From Terrimicrobiaceae bacterium (lineage in GTDB: Bacteria; Verrucomicrobiota; Verrucomicrobiia; Chthoniobacterales; Terrimicrobiaceae), in NCBI GenBank assembly GCA_044342325.1, contig JBIIPZ010000047.1, forward strand, positions 1 to 19,477: a stretch of 19,477 bases of DNA. The letters run 5' to 3'. Under the pieces are notes generated by a model that saw only the letters and a program-made list of their open reading frames with translations, was not told where the DNA came from and searched no databases. A program made the translations under genes and the position numbers. Of this stretch, positions 16,433 to 19,477 are shown one piece after another; the first letter of the stretch is position 1, and each line of letters begins with the position of its first letter.

Positions 16433-17700
16433 TTCCGGATCTGGCCTTCGCCGCGGATGAGGTATTTGTAGGTCGTGAGTTCCTCGAGTCCCATGGGGCC
16501 TCGGGCGTGGAGTTTATCGGTGCTGATGCCGATCTCGGCGCCGAAGCCGAATTCGCCGCCGTCGGTGAAGCGGGTGGAGGCGTTCCAATAAACCGTGGCA
16601 GAATCGACCGAGGCGAGGAAGGTTTCAGCCGTGGCGGGATTGCGGGTGATGATCGCGTCGCTGTGGTGGGAGCCGAAGGCCTCGATGTGATCGATGGCGG
16701 CAGTGAGGTCATCCACGATTCGGACGGAGAGGATCAGGTCGAGCCACTCGGTGCGCCAGGTGGTGTCATCCGCCTCGCGGAGCGCCTTGTAGTGCAGGCT
16801 GGAGAGGGTTTTGAACGATTCGGGATCGGCGACGAGCTCGACGCGGGCGGCATCCATCGCGGGTGTGGCGAGTTGGAGGAACTCCTGCGCGATGTCACGG
16901 TGCACGAGGAGGGTTTCGAGCGCGTTGCACACACCGGGGCGTTGGCATTTGGCATTGATCGCGATATCGAGGGCCATTTGCAGATCGGCTTCCCGGTCCA
17001 CGAAAACATGGCAGATGCCGTCGTAGTGCTTGATGACCGGCATGCGGGCGGCGTTGACAACGGCCTCGATGAGCGAGTGCCCGCCTCGGGGAATGATGAC
17101 ATTCATGAACTGGTCCATCGCAGCCATGATTTTTACGGCTTCGCGGTCTTTCGTAGGGATGAGCTGAACGGAAAAATCGGGCAGTCCGACTTGAAATCCA
17201 CCGGCCTGGAGGGCCTTGGCGATGGCGAGGTTTGAGGCAAGAGCCTCGGAGCCGCCGCGAAGGATGACAGCGTTGCCGGTTTTCAGGCAAAGCACGGCGG
17301 CGTCGGCGGTGACATTAGGGCGGGACTCGTAAATGATGCCGATGACGCCGATCGGTGTTCGGATTTTTTGAATCTGGATGCCGTTCGGGCGTGTCCAGTC
17401 GCGAAGGATTTCTCCGACAGGATCCTCGAGGGCCGCAACCTGGCGGATGCCGTCGGCCATTCCCGAGATGCGGTCCGTCGTGAGGCGCAGGCGATCGATG
17501 GCAGCTTTGGTGAGGCCGTTTTTTTCAGCGGCGGCGGTATCCTCCGCGTTGGCGGCCAGGATTTCGGGTGAACGAACGACGAGTTCATCCGCCATGGCGA
17601 TGAGGATTTTATTTTTTTGTGTGGCGGAGAGGCGCGCGAGGGCGCGCGAGGCCTCGCGGGCGCGGCGGCCGATGGTGTGGATTTCCTGTTCGAGTGTCAT
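16429..17700 (-). CDS. proA: Glutamate-5-semialdehyde dehydrogenase (gamma-glutamyl phosphate reductase)
   Basis: Start moved to ATG 17700 (MTLEQ..., ATGA overlap with the ald stop). Motifs IIYESRPNVT, CNALET, SHHSDAI and NASTRFTDGGEFGFGAEIGISTDKLHARGP. Confidence 0.95.
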   Translation of the reverse strand: MTLEQEIHTIGRRAREASRALARLSATQKNKILIAMADELVVRSPEILAANAEDTAAAEKNGLTKAAIDRLRLTTDRISGMADGIRQVAALEDPVGEILRDWTRPNGIQIQKIRTPIGVIGIIYESRPNVTADAAVLCLKTGNAVILRGGSEALASNLAIAKALQAGGFQVGLPDFSVQLIPTKDREAVKIMAAMDQFMNVIIPRGGHSLIEAVVNAARMPVIKHYDGICHVFVDREADLQMALDIAINAKCQRPGVCNALETLLVHRDIAQEFLQLATPAMDAARVELVADPESFKTLSSLHYKALREADDTTWRTEWLDLILSVRIVDDLTAAIDHIEAFGSHHSDAIITRNPATAETFLASVDSATVYWNASTRFTDGGEFGFGAEIGISTDKLHARGPMGLEELTTYKYLIRGEGQIRK

Positions 17701-18800
17701 GTGGCGGCAAATGGCGTGTAATCGAGGCCGTGGGCTTCGGCAACGACTTTGCAAGTGATGCCTCCCCTGTAGATGCTCAGACCTTCGCGGAGGCCGGGTG
17801 TGCGTTCGAAGGCTTCGGCGAGAGAGAGGTCCGCGAGTGTTTCGATGTAGCGGTAAGTCGCATTCGTCAGTGCCTGCGTGGCGGTGCGGGCGTAAGCGCC
17901 GGGCATGTTGGCGACGCAGTAGTGGACCACGCCCTCTTCCACGAAGGTCGGGTTGTCATGTGTCGTCGGACGCGAGGTTTCGAGGCAGCCACCTTGATCG
18001 ATGGCGATATCCACGACGACGCTGTTGGGTTTCATGAGGCGGAGCATCTCGCGAGTGATGAGTTTCGGAGCCTTCGCGCCTGGAACGAGAACGGCTCCGA
18101 TGAGGAGGTCCACACTTGGCAGGAGGTCGAGCAGGCTGGCCTCGCTCGAGTAGAGTGTGTGTGCGGTGCTCATGGTGATGTCGAGGAAACGCATCCGCTC
18201 CAGATCAACTTCGAGAATGGTCACATCCGCTCCCACGCCTGTGCCCATGCGGGCGGCATTGACTCCTGCGGTGCCTCCACCGATGACAACGACTTTTCCC
18301 GGAAGCACTCCGGGCACGCCGCCGAGGAGCACGCCATTTCCGCCCGTGTGCTTGGCGAGGAAATATCCCCCCACCAGCACGGACATGCGGCCCGCGATCT
18401 CGCTCATGGGCTCGAGGAGCGGGAGGCGGTTGTTGACCCGCACGGTCTCGTAAGCGATGCAGGTCGCGCCGGTTTTTTGGAGTGCCTCGGTGAGCGGACG
18501 GCTCGCGGCGAGGTGCAGATAAGTGAAGAGGATCTGGTCTTTGCGGAGGAGAGGATATTCCTCTGGGAGTGGCTCTTTGACTTTCACCACCATGTCGGCA
18601 CGGGCGAAAATCTCGGCGTGGCTGGTGACAATTTCCACACCGGCTTGGCGATAGTTTTCGTCGCAGAAGCCGATGCCTGCTCCAGCCTGAGACTCCACGA
18701 CGACCTTGTGGCCGTGCTTGATGAGCTGATAGGCGGCCGATGGGAGGAGCGCCACGCGATGCTCCTGGGCTTTGATTTCCTTGGGGACTCCGATGACCAT
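17697..18800 (-). CDS. ald: Alanine dehydrogenase
   Basis: True start is ATG 18800 (MVIGVPKEIK). Motifs VKVKEP, FTYLHLA, PMSEIAGR, GGGTAG, DIAIDQGGC and YCVANMPGA. Confidence 0.95.
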   Translation of the reverse strand: MVIGVPKEIKAQEHRVALLPSAAYQLIKHGHKVVVESQAGAGIGFCDENYRQAGVEIVTSHAEIFARADMVVKVKEPLPEEYPLLRKDQILFTYLHLAASRPLTEALQKTGATCIAYETVRVNNRLPLLEPMSEIAGRMSVLVGGYFLAKHTGGNGVLLGGVPGVLPGKVVVIGGGTAGVNAARMGTGVGADVTILEVDLERMRFLDITMSTAHTLYSSEASLLDLLPSVDLLIGAVLVPGAKAPKLITREMLRLMKPNSVVVDIAIDQGGCLETSRPTTHDNPTFVEEGVVHYCVANMPGAYARTATQALTNATYRYIETLADLSLAEAFERTPGLREGLSIYRGGITCKVVAEAHGLDYTPFAAT

Positions 18801-18869
18801 GGTGAAAATATGAACCCAAAGCTTTTTTTCCGAAAGCGGTTTCTCGCTTGATTGGCATCGTGCGGAGTG

Positions 18870-19477
18870 ATGTCTATTAGTCTTCGAGTGAATCGGATTT
18901 TCTCCATTCTTGTGCTTTGTCTTCTCGCATCCTGCGGCGGCGTGATTGCGCAAACCGATACTCTCAAGGAATTGGAGAGCAGTTCCACCGAGCACATGCG
19001 CGAGGAACTCGGGGTAAATCCCGTCACCTCGCCTTCCATAGCGTCGCTGCTCAAGGACCTCGAGGCCTTTCGTCCGGTGCCGATGAAGACAATTGAATCC
19101 GCCAATCGCGGGGCAAGTTTCAGCAACCGTCTTCAGACCGCCTTGCACTTTGGCTCGCTTGTGGCGGATGGATTCATGCTGACGGTCGCCGAGCGTCCGC
19201 AGGATGTGCAGGACATCGGACGCGAACTCATCCGCCAATCCCGCGCTCTGGGAGTCGGCGAGCGGCTTGCCAAGCGCAGCAAGAGCCTTTTTGAACTCAG
19301 CGACAAGGGCGACTGGGTCGGTATGCGCGGGGAATTGGTGAAAACCCAGGAAGATGTCGAAGAGTCCATGATGGAACTCCACGATGAGGAAATGGCCCAC
19401 ATGGTCAGCCTCGGTGGATGGCTGCGCGGCTTCCAACTAGGAGCTGTCAGCACCGATGACCGCTACTCCCCGGCAAA
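18870..19477 (+). CDS. Hypothetical exported protein (3'-partial, absent from the ORF track)
   Basis: Stop-free frame from ATG 18870 to the window end: MSISLRVNRIFSILVLCLLASCGGVIAQTD...EELGVN...FGSLVADGF...VSLGGWLRG. N-terminal hydrophobic signal. GTG 18888 is an alternative start. Confidence 0.75.
   Translation, partial: MSISLRVNRIFSILVLCLLASCGGVIAQTDTLKELESSSTEHMREELGVNPVTSPSIASLLKDLEAFRPVPMKTIESANRGASFSNRLQTALHFGSLVADGFMLTVAERPQDVQDIGRELIRQSRALGVGERLAKRSKSLFELSDKGDWVGMRGELVKTQEDVEESMMELHDEEMAHMVSLGGWLRGFQLGAVSTDDRYSPA

Noticed and set aside
18801..19436. 212-aa N-terminal extension making Ald a 579-aa fusion
   Set aside because: Ald homology starts at MVIGVPKEIK (18800); the extension is the antisense shadow of the + strand gene.

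Overview
Bacterial chromosomal window; the PEP-CTERM gene and overall gene content suggest Verrucomicrobia (inference). The left half (1-10.9 kb) looks accessory. It holds the 3' part of a PEP-CTERM protein with autotransporter-associated beta-strand repeats and a tightly coupled 7-gene sugar/sugar-acid catabolic operon (SDR, enolase-superfamily dehydratase, SDR, acetoacetate-decarboxylase-family protein, D-2-hydroxyacid dehydrogenase, xylose-isomerase-like TIM barrel, FAH-family hydrolase). These are followed by a convergent gmd-fcl pair, an XylR-like AraC regulator and a decayed probable tyrosine-integrase N-terminus lying 5' of tRNA-Lys(CTT). The right half is a minus-strand housekeeping operon, ald-proA-acyP-ABC ATPase-bioD-DUF4139-like gene. 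It is interrupted between bioD and the DUF4139-like gene by a 2,012-bp insert flanked by a 128-bp imperfect direct repeat. The insert carries an AlbA_2(Schlafen-like)/RecG-C ATP-binding gene preceded by 30 codons resembling the C-terminus of BREX PglX, fused in frame to the duplicated DUF4139 signal peptide. A partial + strand exported protein missed by the ORF track runs off the right end. All family calls come from motif recognition, not database searches.
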